IMG/VR virus record: IMGVR_UViG_3300037468_000183
Span: 40,081 to 104,080 of that record
Source of the DNA: a virus
Strand: one strand, 5' to 3'
Length of the DNA: 64,000 nt
Part shown: positions 1 through 9,534 of the stretch, piece by piece
Layout: each line of letters opens with the position of its first letter
Numbering within the stretch: position 1 is the first letter of the stretch
Program-made: the position numbers and the translations under genes
Notes under the pieces: model-generated
Seen by the model: only the letters and a program-made list of their open reading frames with translations
The model's database searches: none
What the model was told of the DNA's origin: nothing

Positions 1-9
1 GCGTGGTGG

Positions 10-234
10 TTATGCGTGCTTCTGACGCAGCCACCACGTAAAATCAGCATACGTGAGCGGCTTGGGACATATTTCCGAGTCGTTCGGCCTGGCCTGATTA
101 TCTCCAGGCCACATCTCTCGGCGTACACCATATCCAAGCAGGCAACGCACGCCGATACTGTTTGTATATTCCAGCGCGCGGCAGTTTTTGCACGTCTGTT
201 TCTTGCGTGCGGTCATGCGTCCTCCGCATTGCAC
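10..234 (-). CDS. Small Cys-containing hypothetical protein
   Basis: ORF in tightly packed minus-strand operon; CxxC. Confidence 0.5.
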   Translation of the reverse strand: MQCGGRMTARKKQTCKNCRALEYTNSIGVRCLLGYGVRREMWPGDNQARPNDSEICPKPLTYADFTWWLRQKHA

Positions 235-247
235 CTGATAAGTGTGG

Positions 248-505
248 CTATACGTGCCTCAGCCAATCGGCTTCTGCGCTCAGATATTCCGCATGGCGTT
301 GCGCAACAATGTCACACTCGGCGTGATACGCGCCTTCCAGTGCTCGGATGGTCGCATATAACTCGGCGTCAAACGGCTTGCTGCTGTCGGCAAATGAGTC
401 GAGCACCGCATAGAGCGTGGCGCGCGCTTCGAGCATCTTGCCCACGGCAGCATACTCCGCGTGTTGTGCGTCGAGTCGCACCAGGTCTCTGTCGCGTGTT
501 ATCAT
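248..505 (-). CDS. Hypothetical protein
   Basis: GAGGAGG RBS, ATGA overlap with upstream ORF. Confidence 0.7.
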   Translation of the reverse strand: MITRDRDLVRLDAQHAEYAAVGKMLEARATLYAVLDSFADSSKPFDAELYATIRALEGAYHAECDIVAQRHAEYLSAEADWLRHV

Positions 506-822
506 ACGTCCTCCTCCGGGTCGGGCGCGTCGTCGGCGTCGAGCGTCGGGCAGGTCTCGCGCAGCACGGCGTAGCTGTCCGTCTGCACGTAGGGCGGATT
601 GCTGACAATCGCCAGGATGCTGTCCGGCGTGTGGTAGATGTCTGACGGCGGCGGCTTGCCACCGGGATAGCGCGCTTCGGCGGCCGCTTCGACAACCTTG
701 AGATCATCTGACGGCATCTGGTTGCCCTTCGAAATATAGAGCCACCACAGCGCCCCTTCGACAAAGGCGCGCCGCAGATCGTCGGCTGGCAGCCGTCCCT
801 CGATGTGATCGACCCAACTCAT
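502..822 (-). CDS. Hypothetical protein
   Basis: GGAGG RBS, ATGA overlap. Confidence 0.7.
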   Translation of the reverse strand: MSWVDHIEGRLPADDLRRAFVEGALWWLYISKGNQMPSDDLKVVEAAAEARYPGGKPPPSDIYHTPDSILAIVSNPPYVQTDSYAVLRETCPTLDADDAPDPEEDV

Positions 823-1109
823 GCGTCCTCCCTCGCTGCGTTCTCCGCAGCATTCGGCGCGAGCGCCGTCCGAATCACGTCACGCGCTTGCATCACGTTG
901 ACCGGCAGATATACGTGGTATTGGCTGCTCTGCTCCAGCAATCGCTGCACGTGCTCTAGCGCCGTGCGCAGGCGCGCGTTCTCGGCTTGCGCCTCATTTC
1001 GGACCAGTCGATACTGCTTCGTCAGGACAAGCACGTATTGCAGGCGCTCGCCGGTCGATTGCAGATAGTCGCGCAGGCGGTCGTTCTCGGCTTGCAGATC
1101 GTCTGTCAT
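819..1109 (-). CDS. Coiled-coil hypothetical protein
   Basis: GGAGG RBS; ATG at 1109 overlaps the MTase stop; QAENxRL heptads. Confidence 0.7.
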   Translation of the reverse strand: MTDDLQAENDRLRDYLQSTGERLQYVLVLTKQYRLVRNEAQAENARLRTALEHVQRLLEQSSQYHVYLPVNVMQARDVIRTALAPNAAENAAREDA

Positions 1110-2992
1110 GTGCGGGCCTCCGGTTTGCGAACAAACCATACATCCTCGTTCAGAATCGCCGCGTGCGGATTCTTCTCATTGGCGAGTCGGCGGAAAAAAC
1201 TCACCTTGTCGCATTTGAGCGACTTGTCCTCACCGAGCAGCCCCAATTGCGCGCCGTGATCGGTCGTCTTCCAGGCCGTGACGTGGAGCAGCGGATCGAA
1301 GCCAACTGATTCACACAGCGCCAACCACTGCTCCCCGAAGGGGACGCGCTGCTTGTTGCGCACGAAGTCGCCAGTGATCCAGGCCGCCACTGCGCCAGGC
1401 TTGAGCACGGCGTAGGTCTGGGCGACGATCTCGCGCGCGGCAGTCCAGAACGTGTCTGCCCGCAATGCGCCGACTTGCCCATCTGTGTCGCCGTAATTCG
1501 ACTGAAACATAGCAGCGCATCCAATGTTGGTAGGTGAAACGAATACATCCGGGCGCTTTGTCGTAAACTCACCTTTGGCGTATCGTTCGGCCTTACGTTG
1601 GCGGGCCGAATCATCATTGATCCCTGTATTGACGCTCGCCTCATACGGCGGACTGCTCACCGTCGCATCGAAGCCGTTGCCCGCTGGCATGGCGCCGAGT
1701 TGGCCGGGGGTGGCGCCGTAGCGTGCGCCCAGGGCCTTGCGCTGCTCCCAGCCGGCCGTCCCGCGAACGAAGTTGCCGTCAGCGTCGCGCAGTCCGCTCG
1801 CGCCTTCGTCTCCGCCTGGCCCGCCGTCGATGCGCGTCTCGGAGTAGGGTGGACTCGAAACACACGCCGAATACCCCTGCATCGTCAACGCCTGCGAGTG
1901 CTGGCCGGGCTTGTTGCCGGTGAGCTTGTCCGTGTCGATGCCGTTGCCGCCGTGCACGGTGTTGGCGCTGTAGGGGGGCGAACCAACTGCCGCCGAGTAG
2001 TCGCCGGGTGGCATCTGCTCCAGTTGCCCCGGTGTTGCGCCATAGCCAGGACGACGCGCTGTGCCTTCGGCGGCCCGGCGCGCGTCTTCAGCGGCATCCA
2101 AGCGCACGCTCTGTCCATCGTGACCAGTCGTGCCCGCATACGGCGGACTCGCAATCGCGCCATCGTAGCGCAGCGCCGCGTCGAAGTCGCCGGGTGGCAG
2201 CGCGCCCAGTTGGCCGGGCGAGGTGCCGTAGGACGCCACTTGCATTGTTCTTCCGGGGCGCGCTTCGGCATTGAATGCTGCATCTGTGCTTTGTAAGCTC
2301 CCCTGAAACGGCGGCGACGACACGACCGCATCCGCTTCCGCCACGATCTCCGCCAGCCGGCGCGAGTCGCCTTGCAGCACGCGCGCCGTGCCATAGCCGG
2401 GGAAGTGCGGCGCGTAGCGGGCGCGCCATGTCTCCAGGTTGCCGGGCTGATATTCGGCGCAAGGCACGGCGCGCTTGGCTTCCAACTGGCGCAGATGTGC
2501 CTGAGCTACAGTCAATTCGCTGGCGTAGTTCTCGCGCTCAGCATCCGTGATAGGGCGGGGTGGTTCCCAAGTGGCATCGGTTTCGTCATACCTGCCGGAC
2601 GATTGGATGCCCGTTTTTAGGATGGCCTCCAGGTCGCGCACGTGTTGGCGCTGGCGGTCAAGCTCGGCTTGGTTCTTGGCGCACGCCGGGCACAGATGCA
2701 AAGTGTTGCAGGTGTAGCCGCGGCACAAGTCAACGAACTTCGGCTCCAATTCCATGCCCGTCCAGTGCAGGCCATACAACGCGGCGTGGAAGGCGCAGCC
2801 GCCGATGCCGCCGAACGGATCAACAACTTTGTCACCAGGGGCCAGCCAACCTTCGGCCAGCATGTGGCGATAGATGCGCTCGGCCAGGCCGAAAGATATC
2901 TTTGCCGGATGCGCGTAGGCTTCAGCGGCCAACGGTGCGCTCTGCCACGAACCATCATAGCAGCCGAACCACTCAGTTTGCATTGGGGCCAT
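1106..2992 (-). CDS. DNA amino-methyltransferase (N4-C/N6-A type) with five tandem SPP(Y/F) motif-IV repeats
   Basis: N-terminal HPAK, motif I DPFGGIG, GMELEPKF, QGDSR, five SPPY/F copies, C-terminal VLKPG. Confidence 0.85.
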   Translation of the reverse strand: MAPMQTEWFGCYDGSWQSAPLAAEAYAHPAKISFGLAERIYRHMLAEGWLAPGDKVVDPFGGIGGCAFHAALYGLHWTGMELEPKFVDLCRGYTCNTLHLCPACAKNQAELDRQRQHVRDLEAILKTGIQSSGRYDETDATWEPPRPITDAERENYASELTVAQAHLRQLEAKRAVPCAEYQPGNLETWRARYAPHFPGYGTARVLQGDSRRLAEIVAEADAVVSSPPFQGSLQSTDAAFNAEARPGRTMQVASYGTSPGQLGALPPGDFDAALRYDGAIASPPYAGTTGHDGQSVRLDAAEDARRAAEGTARRPGYGATPGQLEQMPPGDYSAAVGSPPYSANTVHGGNGIDTDKLTGNKPGQHSQALTMQGYSACVSSPPYSETRIDGGPGGDEGASGLRDADGNFVRGTAGWEQRKALGARYGATPGQLGAMPAGNGFDATVSSPPYEASVNTGINDDSARQRKAERYAKGEFTTKRPDVFVSPTNIGCAAMFQSNYGDTDGQVGALRADTFWTAAREIVAQTYAVLKPGAVAAWITGDFVRNKQRVPFGEQWLALCESVGFDPLLHVTAWKTTDHGAQLGLLGEDKSLKCDKVSFFRRLANEKNPHAAILNEDVWFVRKPEART

Positions 2993-3007
2993 GATCTTCC
3001 TCTCTCG

Positions 3008-3361
3008 TCAAGACTCTGATAGATACGTCTCAATCTCAGCGGCGGCGTCCAGCCATTGCCAACACACCGCCACGCGATACCCCTGCACTCGCAGGGCGTC
3101 GATCCACCATTGCTGCGCCGCGCTGATGCGACCGCCTTTGGCCTTCATCTCGATGAACAGGCCATGATAGCCGTGACGGGCGCAAGGCAAAAACAAATCC
3201 GGCACTCCAGATTTTTCGCCTTCGGCCTTGAGTCGGGTCGCCGTGGCAATGTGTCGCCAGCCGCCGTTGGGTGTGTGGTGCAGCAGCGCCAACTCCGGCA
3301 GGCGCTGCTCGTTGTACGCCGTCCACTCGAATAGAGCGATCTGCTCTGAGGATTCGCTCAC
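3008..3361 (-). CDS. VRR-NUC domain nuclease
   Basis: EQIALFEW...HHTPNGG...GVPDLFL...FIEMK...QQWW. Confidence 0.9.
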   Translation of the reverse strand: MSESSEQIALFEWTAYNEQRLPELALLHHTPNGGWRHIATATRLKAEGEKSGVPDLFLPCARHGYHGLFIEMKAKGGRISAAQQWWIDALRVQGYRVAVCWQWLDAAAEIETYLSES

Positions 3362-3582
3362 TCTGAAGGTTCAGTTGCGGAGATGTCACCAGCAATGAGC
3401 GGCAATTGCCGCTCATTGCTGGTGACAATCAACTCCACCTCGTCCTTGTTGCTTGACAACCACGACAACCTGCCGCGCTGATCAAGCACATTCTGTGTCA
3501 GCGTCATCTCAAACGTGATGGTCGCGTTTCCCGTCACCATGTCGATGCGGGCGGATTTGATGATTGACTTTGGAAATATCAT
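3358..3582 (-). CDS. Hypothetical protein
   Basis: AAGGAG RBS, operon packing. Confidence 0.65.
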   Translation of the reverse strand: MIFPKSIIKSARIDMVTGNATITFEMTLTQNVLDQRGRLSWLSSNKDEVELIVTSNERQLPLIAGDISATEPSE

Positions 3583-3738
3583 GTTGGCTCCTTGTTGCTC
3601 ACGTTTTTGTCGTCTTCCAGAATCTACGCTTGCCGCACAGCCAGGTCATGTGCCTGCCGCTGTGGGCCGCGCTCCGCTCACAGATGCGAAATTTTCCCGC
3701 GACGGTTGTCGGAGATCCGCACTTGCGCATACGTCCTC

Positions 3739-3852
3739 CTATCGTTTCCCAGATATCTTCTCTCGAATCCACACGAGAATGGTCGCGACAGTCACTATCA
3801 CCAGAAACATGATGACGACATAGCCGAGCATCCGGCCGTCATAGTAGCTCAT
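3739..3852 (-). CDS. Small single-TM membrane protein
   Basis: MSYYDGRMLGYVVIMFLVIVTVATILVW; ATGA overlap. Confidence 0.5.
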   Translation of the reverse strand: MSYYDGRMLGYVVIMFLVIVTVATILVWIREKISGKR

Positions 3853-4160
3853 GCCAGCACCTCGATGATGCGCGCCAGGGGCACGGTTTCGAATTGCATA
3901 TGTCTCGCTATGGCCCACGAGCTTTGCATATGGCAGGTGGTGCGATTGACCTTGAGTATCACACCCTCCCATTCGTGGCGCGCCCATCCACCGATCTTGC
4001 CTTCGGCGCGCCGCATGTCCCAGAAGCGCACGCGCTGCCCGACCTGATACGCGCCTTCGTGCTCGCTCACTTTGCCTCCTGTGTTGCAAAAGTCGCAACC
4101 GTAAAGGTGATTGCCGCCACCGCAGCCGTGCGGGCCGGGGTAGTGGCGGCAGATGTTCAT
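3849..4160 (-). CDS. Hypothetical protein (Cys/His N-terminus, SH3-like C-terminus)
   Basis: ATGA overlap; YQVGQRVRF...EGVILKVN. Confidence 0.55.
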   Translation of the reverse strand: MNICRHYPGPHGCGGGNHLYGCDFCNTGGKVSEHEGAYQVGQRVRFWDMRRAEGKIGGWARHEWEGVILKVNRTTCHMQSSWAIARHMQFETVPLARIIEVLA

Positions 4161-4927
4161 ACGCCACAGATGCCGCTGCACTCGTCATTCCACAGCGACA
4201 GTTGCCCGCGCTCCTCGGCATTCGAGAAGTCCACCAGCGCCAACGGTTGCTGCGATGGATGCAGAAACAAGTCATAAGGCGGGCGCACCTTGCGAATGGC
4301 ATCGTCAACCTCGACGGCCTTGTGCCAGTCGCCGTTACCGGACGCCTTCATGTCGTGCCAGGCGCGGGTATCGTGAAACGGACAGAACACACAAGCGGAC
4401 TTGGGGGGCGTCGGTAGATTGTGGCGCGCCAACCAAGCGGCGCAATCGTTGCGTGTCATGCGCTTTTCGATCAGCGGCCAGCGGTGGGTGATGTACTTCA
4501 CGTCGCTGTCTCGCATACGCTGCACCTCATCAAGGCTGATGCCGATCCATTGCTCGACTGGGCGGCCTTCCCGGTTGGCTTGCAGCCAGCGGCGGATGGG
4601 TGCGATCTTCCAGCATTGGGTACATTGTCGGCGGAGTTGTCCGCCTCTATCGGTTGGCGTTGCCGTGAATGACGGGATGAAGATTTCCCCCCCCACCCGG
4701 TCGGTTACGATCCGGGGCGACTTGTCTTGCACCGTCACCACCCGCACGCCATGTTCTTCCAGCCACGGCGTCCACTGCCGCGCGAACGCATACGTCCCGC
4801 TCATCTCGTGCGTCGTGTCGGCGTGGATCGCGACATCCGGCATTTCGATCTCGCCCAGGGCCGCCATTGCCGCCAACGTGAAGGACTGCCAGCCCCAACC
4901 GAGCGAGAGTGTCACAAGTGGTTTCAT
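4157..4927 (-). CDS. PAPS-reductase-like / adenine nucleotide alpha-hydrolase family protein
   Basis: SLGWGWQS PP-loop-like motif, HADT, RQCT..WKI.PI, WIGISLDE, WPL, KSACVFCPF, terminal ECSGICGV. Confidence 0.8.
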   Translation of the reverse strand: MKPLVTLSLGWGWQSFTLAAMAALGEIEMPDVAIHADTTHEMSGTYAFARQWTPWLEEHGVRVVTVQDKSPRIVTDRVGGEIFIPSFTATPTDRGGQLRRQCTQCWKIAPIRRWLQANREGRPVEQWIGISLDEVQRMRDSDVKYITHRWPLIEKRMTRNDCAAWLARHNLPTPPKSACVFCPFHDTRAWHDMKASGNGDWHKAVEVDDAIRKVRPPYDLFLHPSQQPLALVDFSNAEERGQLSLWNDECSGICGV

Positions 4928-4936
4928 GTCATCTCC

Positions 4937-5050
4937 CTACCACGGCAAGCGCCGCGGTGCCAGCGGGTAGCTCGGAAACTCCCGCTCGAACATGATGCCG
5001 GCCAGGATGCCGGCGACGAAGGCGATAGCCGCGAGCAGCAAGAGTTTCAT
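4937..5050 (-). CDS. Small membrane protein
   Basis: MKLLLLAAIAFVAGILAGIMF; ATGA overlap. Confidence 0.5.
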   Translation of the reverse strand: MKLLLLAAIAFVAGILAGIMFEREFPSYPLAPRRLPW

Positions 5051-5340
5051 GGTTGCACCGCGATTTCTAGCGCCGCGCGTAGGCCGATGATCTCCGAGCG
5101 CAAGCGCTCGACCTCGGCCTGTGCCAATGCGCCTATCTGACACATGCGCACAAGGCCAGCATCTCCCCATGTTTCGACAACACCACCGCGTGTATACGCA
5201 AAACCTGCATCGATCATCAAGGCGCGCAGACTCTTGACCTCTGCGCGCAGGCGCTCGACTTCGGTCGCGAGTTCCTGCACTCCCTCGTCCGTCACGGTTG
5301 CGCCACCACGTATGATGGCTTCCAGTTCTTCGTTTGTCAT
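5047..5340 (-). CDS. Coiled-coil hypothetical protein
   Basis: AGGAGG RBS; repeated EVERLR. Confidence 0.65.
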   Translation of the reverse strand: MTNEELEAIIRGGATVTDEGVQELATEVERLRAEVKSLRALMIDAGFAYTRGGVVETWGDAGLVRMCQIGALAQAEVERLRSEIIGLRAALEIAVQP

Positions 5341-5344
5341 GGTG

Positions 5345-6376
5345 TTATTCCTCCTTCGTTGAGTCGTAAACATCGCCAAGCCGGAAGAACTCCGGCTGCA
5401 TCACCTGATCGAAACCGCCTGTGCCGCCCATCGTGTTTTTGTCAATCTGCACGTGGACGGTTGGCGAATAGTTGCCATCTGCCATGCGTTCGCGGCGCAG
5501 CAGAATTACGACATTCGCCTTATTCGACTTGCTGGCGCTGCCACTCATGGCGTTACGATCCATCGTGCGCGCCGTTTCGTCCTTACCGGCCTTGCTCATC
5601 TGTGCCACCATCACGACAGGCAACTCAACGGCCTCGGCCAGTACCTTGAGTTGCTCGACGTTATCAGCCTCGCGCTCCCAGGTATTCGAGCCGTACATCT
5701 GCAATTGGCGCTTACTCGGTTGCGCCTTCTCCAGATAGTCGATAACCGCCACGTCACAGGCGCCCGCTGCGTGCAACTTGCGCAACTCGGCAACCGTGCG
5801 CTCCATCGTCCAGCCAGGTGTATGCAGATAGGTGATATCACCTTCCCAGGCGAGCAGGCGGGGCCGTACTTCGGCAACCATGCTCCGCTGAGCAGGCGAC
5901 ATAATTCCGCTCTTGAGCGTGCGCACTGGAATCGACGTATGCCGTGCCGTGCGTCGATCCAACATCAATGTCCAGTTGAGCTCGTAGTGCACGAAGACCA
6001 CCTTGTGGCGGCGGCGCGCCCAATGCTCGGCTAGGCACTCAACGACAATCGTCTTGCCTTGTCCGTCCGGCGCAGTGATCGATACCAGCATACCGGCTTC
6101 GAGCGGATCAATGAAGGAGTTCCAGGAAGCCCAGGGCCAGTCAATCAAGCGGCGCTCGTTGAGCGGCAAAGCGGCTTGCGCGTCGCGCTTGGCGAGCAAG
6201 GCATCGTAGTAGTCAAATGATGCTGGCCAAGTCAACGCAGCATTGTCATCACCACCGCCGAAACGTGCCAGGGTCGCGCTCAGCCAGGCGTGCAGGTCGG
6301 TGGCGGTTTCGTCGGCCAGACAGCGGCGCAAGAGTTCCTTGCCCACTGCCTCGTATTGTGCGACATCGGGATCCAT
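5345..6376 (-). CDS. DnaB-like SF4 replicative helicase
   Basis: Walker A APDGQGKT, YEL, Walker B VIDYL, LKVLAE...PVVMVAQ, DKNTMG. Confidence 0.85.
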   Translation of the reverse strand: MDPDVAQYEAVGKELLRRCLADETATDLHAWLSATLARFGGGDDNAALTWPASFDYYDALLAKRDAQAALPLNERRLIDWPWASWNSFIDPLEAGMLVSITAPDGQGKTIVVECLAEHWARRRHKVVFVHYELNWTLMLDRRTARHTSIPVRTLKSGIMSPAQRSMVAEVRPRLLAWEGDITYLHTPGWTMERTVAELRKLHAAGACDVAVIDYLEKAQPSKRQLQMYGSNTWEREADNVEQLKVLAEAVELPVVMVAQMSKAGKDETARTMDRNAMSGSASKSNKANVVILLRRERMADGNYSPTVHVQIDKNTMGGTGGFDQVMQPEFFRLGDVYDSTKEE

Positions 6377-6388
6377 CTTAGCTTGCTC

Positions 6389-7141
6389 CTACCATGTTGC
6401 ATCCTCCGCCGTGCGTGGCGTCCGGCGTGCTTCGGCCTTTGTGTCCGCCCAGAAGTATATCCACTCTGCACCATCCGTAGACGGCATCCGTGTGATGACA
6501 TGCTCGTTGGTCGGTGGACTGTGACCGTTGCCACTTGCCAGCATTACGGATTCAGCGCAGCGTGCCACATAGTTGACCACGTTCTGCTTGCCCTCGGCTT
6601 TGGCGGCCTTCCAGCCCGCTTGCCACGCCACGAGACCCACTCTGCCTATCGTTTCGAGATGGGCGTCAAGGTGGGGCTTCGTCATCATCAGGTTATCTGC
6701 TTCATAGGCGGCGCGCACGGTGGCGGCGTATGATTCGGATTGGATTGGATTCGGATTGGATTGGATTACGGGTGCATCTGATTTCGGATGATTTCCATTG
6801 ATATCAGATGATATCATAGGCGGGTACTTGCTGCGCTTTGCCCGTATCTGCTGATGGTTCTCCCACGTGACGACTTGCAGATACGGCTTGTCAGCTACCA
6901 TGTAGAGCCGAATCAGGTTTACATCGGCCAGCACTCGCAAGGCACTGGCAACCCAACCCTCGGTGACAGTCGCAAGTTTGAGCGGAAAGCACTTCGCCCG
7001 GATGATCGCGGGGCGGGCGTCCATGCGCCCGTAGTCATCGCACTGTACGAGCAGGCGATACCAGAACACTTCTTGCTCAGGAGTCAGTTTGTCGAGATTG
7101 TCACTTGTGCAGATGCTATCCTTCAGGATGCGATTGGGCAT
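6389..7141 (-). CDS. Phage replisome organiser / replication initiator
   Basis: MPNRILKDSICTS...YRLLVQCDDYGR...W..HQQIR; sits directly upstream of helicase; internal DNA repeats. Confidence 0.8.
   Translation of the reverse strand: MPNRILKDSICTSDNLDKLTPEQEVFWYRLLVQCDDYGRMDARPAIIRAKCFPLKLATVTEGWVASALRVLADVNLIRLYMVADKPYLQVVTWENHQQIRAKRSKYPPMISSDINGNHPKSDAPVIQSNPNPIQSESYAATVRAAYEADNLMMTKPHLDAHLETIGRVGLVAWQAGWKAAKAEGKQNVVNYVARCAESVMLASGNGHSPPTNEHVITRMPSTDGAEWIYFWADTKAEARRTPRTAEDATW
6732..6816. repeat. (GGATT)n array and TGATATCA repeats inside the initiator gene; putative ori
   Basis: gattcggattggattggattcggattggattggatt and tgatatcagatgatatca. Confidence 0.5.
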
Positions 7142-7142
7142 G

Positions 7143-8018
7143 TTATACCACCTTCTGCCAGCCGAAGCGCTTGGCAATGCCGAACACTGTCGCCACGGTC
7201 ACGGCTCCGGTGGGGTTGCCCGTCTCGTGGAAGCTGCGCCACTTGCGCTCGACTTCGCCAGGCGCGCCATCGGCCCACGTTTCGGCCAGCGGTAAGCCGG
7301 CGTCGCCAAAGTTTGCTTGGAGTCCCATGAGCACCTGCACCCATTCGTCGTAGTCGATGCCCCAGGGCGGGATGCGCTTGAGTGCGTCATAGACTTCGGT
7401 CTGCGTGGCGGGAGCGGCGAAATCCTTGTGCTCGACAACGCGTTTCTCACGGCGGCCTGTGTCGCTCCATTGCTGGATCAGATGCTTGACCGTTTCCAGC
7501 GTCAGGACGTTTTCGAGATAGGCAATCTCGCAACCGGTCGCGCCGTAGAAGAAGCGCACCGGGTCTTTGCATTGCCGGTCGGCCGTGCCGAACAGCCACA
7601 AGAGCGCCTGCACGGCTTGACTGTAGTTCTTGGCCTGCATGATCGGCGTGTCGAGGAGGAAGACAGCGCGTGCTCGTGGCGCTTCGGGTGTGTGGCTGGT
7701 CGTGGTGTAGAGCAGACTGGCGTATTTGGCGATGAACTTATCGGCGCTGAGCGTCGCCAATGTGCTGCGACTGTCTTCGGTATCGAAGTCGAGTCCGATG
7801 TGTTGGCCGCAAACGTAATTCTCAGATGTGCGCCAGCCCTTTGCGTGCCAAGTCGTGAAAGCGTGCCCGGTGTAGATCGAGTCAGCTAAATCCATGCGGC
7901 TGACTTCTCGATTGACGAAACCGGCGTTGAACGTGCTCCAGAACGTATCACCAGCCGGAATCTTGTGCGTCAGCTGGTGCCTGGATACGGCCACGCGGAA
8001 TGAAGCGTCATTGCTCAT
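7143..8018 (-). CDS. AEP-type primase with C-terminal PriCT-2 domain
   Basis: IGLDFD, YTTTSH, RARAVF, KDPVRFFYG; C-terminal YDEWVQVLMGL...W...KWRSF...TVATVF. Confidence 0.8.
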   Translation of the reverse strand: MSNDASFRVAVSRHQLTHKIPAGDTFWSTFNAGFVNREVSRMDLADSIYTGHAFTTWHAKGWRTSENYVCGQHIGLDFDTEDSRSTLATLSADKFIAKYASLLYTTTSHTPEAPRARAVFLLDTPIMQAKNYSQAVQALLWLFGTADRQCKDPVRFFYGATGCEIAYLENVLTLETVKHLIQQWSDTGRREKRVVEHKDFAAPATQTEVYDALKRIPPWGIDYDEWVQVLMGLQANFGDAGLPLAETWADGAPGEVERKWRSFHETGNPTGAVTVATVFGIAKRFGWQKVV

Positions 8019-8442
8019 GCTGCACCTTCCTACTGTTGCCGCGCCCCGGCATCCAGGGCGTTACCAGATCGTGCCACAGGTCGTGATGGTATTTGCAGAG
8101 CAGCGCGCCGAATTGCTCCCAGGCGGCCCACTGTGGCGCGACTTCGGGGTGGTCGTTGAATACTTGCGGCATCCAGTGGTGATTTGCTGCGCCATCCTTC
8201 CCGCCGCATATCACGCATGATTGCCGATAGTCGTCTTGGATTGGCACATCGTCAAGCGTTTTGCCGACTGCGGCGGCCAGCGCGGTCGCTACCAGATGGC
8301 TGATGTAGCGCATTGGTTTCTCGGCCCATCCATCACAGGCGATGCAACGCCAGGCATACATCACTACGCCATCGGCACTGATGATGCGGCGGACATAGAC
8401 GCGCTGCGTCTTGCCACACTGACGGCAGGCGGGCTTTGCCAT
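8008..8442 (-). CDS. Zn-finger / HNH-like protein
   Basis: CRQC, CIAC, CVIC...NHHW...LCKYHHDLWH. Confidence 0.6.
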   Translation of the reverse strand: MAKPACRQCGKTQRVYVRRIISADGVVMYAWRCIACDGWAEKPMRYISHLVATALAAAVGKTLDDVPIQDDYRQSCVICGGKDGAANHHWMPQVFNDHPEVAPQWAAWEQFGALLCKYHHDLWHDLVTPWMPGRGNSRKVQHEQ

Positions 8443-8443
8443 A

Positions 8444-8656
8444 TCATGCCTCGGTATCTTGCAAGATTCTCGCAGATAGTCTGTCGTTCTGCGCCTTGAA
8501 GCGTTCGATCTCCGCGCGGTCAACGCGGTAACCTTTCGGCAGGGGTATCAGCCGGATCATGCCGGCCTTGCCCCAGCGCGTGAGCGTGCGGGTATGCACA
8601 CGAAGGATGGCGGCGGCTTCCTGTAGGGTGAGTAGTTCGTTTATCATGTCCATCAT
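8444..8656 (-). CDS. Excisionase/MerR-like HTH DNA-binding protein
   Basis: LLTLQEAAAILRVHTRTLTRW...GYRV. Confidence 0.85.
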   Translation of the reverse strand: MMDMINELLTLQEAAAILRVHTRTLTRWGKAGMIRLIPLPKGYRVDRAEIERFKAQNDRLSARILQDTEA

Positions 8657-8734
8657 TATACATCATCGGCTAGAAAAGTCAATTCGTCGCAACGGTCAAG
8701 CGGGCCGCAGCGCACGCCACGGCCCGGTCTGTGC

Positions 8735-9046
8735 TCAGCTATTATTCCGCGACAAGCTATCAAGCACGACGTGTAGCTGAGTGGTATACTCGTGCGCCTT
8801 TGCTGCCTCCGCATCGAGTTTTGCGGCGTAAGCTTTTGCCTGCGCGATTAGCCAGGCGTTGGCATCCGGCAACGTCCCGAATAGCTGATATGTGCCGATC
8901 TTCGTAACGCTCGGAAAATACATATAACCAAGTAGCGGCTCGTAATCCGGCGCGACTGAGTAGGTCTTCGTCGTTTCCTTGACGATGCCGATACGGGCTA
9001 GATTCGCCTTGCCCCACTCGAATTTTGCCGCATACTTAATCTGCAT
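8735..9046 (-). CDS. Hypothetical protein
   Basis: Clean ORF with GGAAGG RBS. Confidence 0.65.
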   Translation of the reverse strand: MQIKYAAKFEWGKANLARIGIVKETTKTYSVAPDYEPLLGYMYFPSVTKIGTYQLFGTLPDANAWLIAQAKAYAAKLDAEAAKAHEYTTQLHVVLDSLSRNNS

Positions 9047-9089
9047 AGTACCCTTCCATTCTGTGCGCGCCTTGCGACGCGCCCGATGT

Positions 9090-9266
9090 TCAGTCGATGA
9101 TCTTCAGCAGTCCGACGCTCACGCCCCACTGCACTTCGCGACAGGCGATGACCGTCGCCTCTGGATGCGCGAGGGCGTAGCGGCGGGCGGCATTCACGCC
9201 GTCACTGCCGGCCCATGTGACGATCCTGCCGTCGATCAAGAGCAACTCGAAGGTTCTGTCAGGCAT
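9090..9266 (-). CDS. Hypothetical protein
   Basis: GAGGAGG RBS upstream of ATG 9266. Confidence 0.55.
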   Translation of the reverse strand: MPDRTFELLLIDGRIVTWAGSDGVNAARRYALAHPEATVIACREVQWGVSVGLLKIID

Positions 9267-9424
9267 AGCAGAACGTCCTCCTCCTCGGCATCCTCGGCTA
9301 ACCAGGATTCGATCTCCTCGATGGTGAAGTTGCCTCGGATGGCCCGGCCGTAATTCTCGATGTCGCACGCCGCCGCGTCGCCATCAAACATCCAGTCGAA
9401 TGACATCATGTCATAGGTCTTCAC
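9236..9424 (-). CDS. Small acidic hypothetical protein
   Basis: AGGAG RBS before GTG; D/E-rich. Confidence 0.5.
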   Translation of the reverse strand: MKTYDMMSFDWMFDGDAAACDIENYGRAIRGNFTIEEIESWLAEDAEEEDVLLCLTEPSSCS

Positions 9425-9534
9425 GGTATCCACTCCTTGTCTGTTTCGCCCACCCCGCCGCCAGTATCTCTACCCCTCTGTTCCACGGGTCAATTCCCGG
9501 TGTAGAAGCGGCGCGCACGGAGCAGGCGATTGTA

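Noticed and set aside
9470-9530. tRNA-like element or third parS (TGTTCCACG half-site)
   Set aside because: No cloverleaf or T-loop consensus; only half of the palindrome matches
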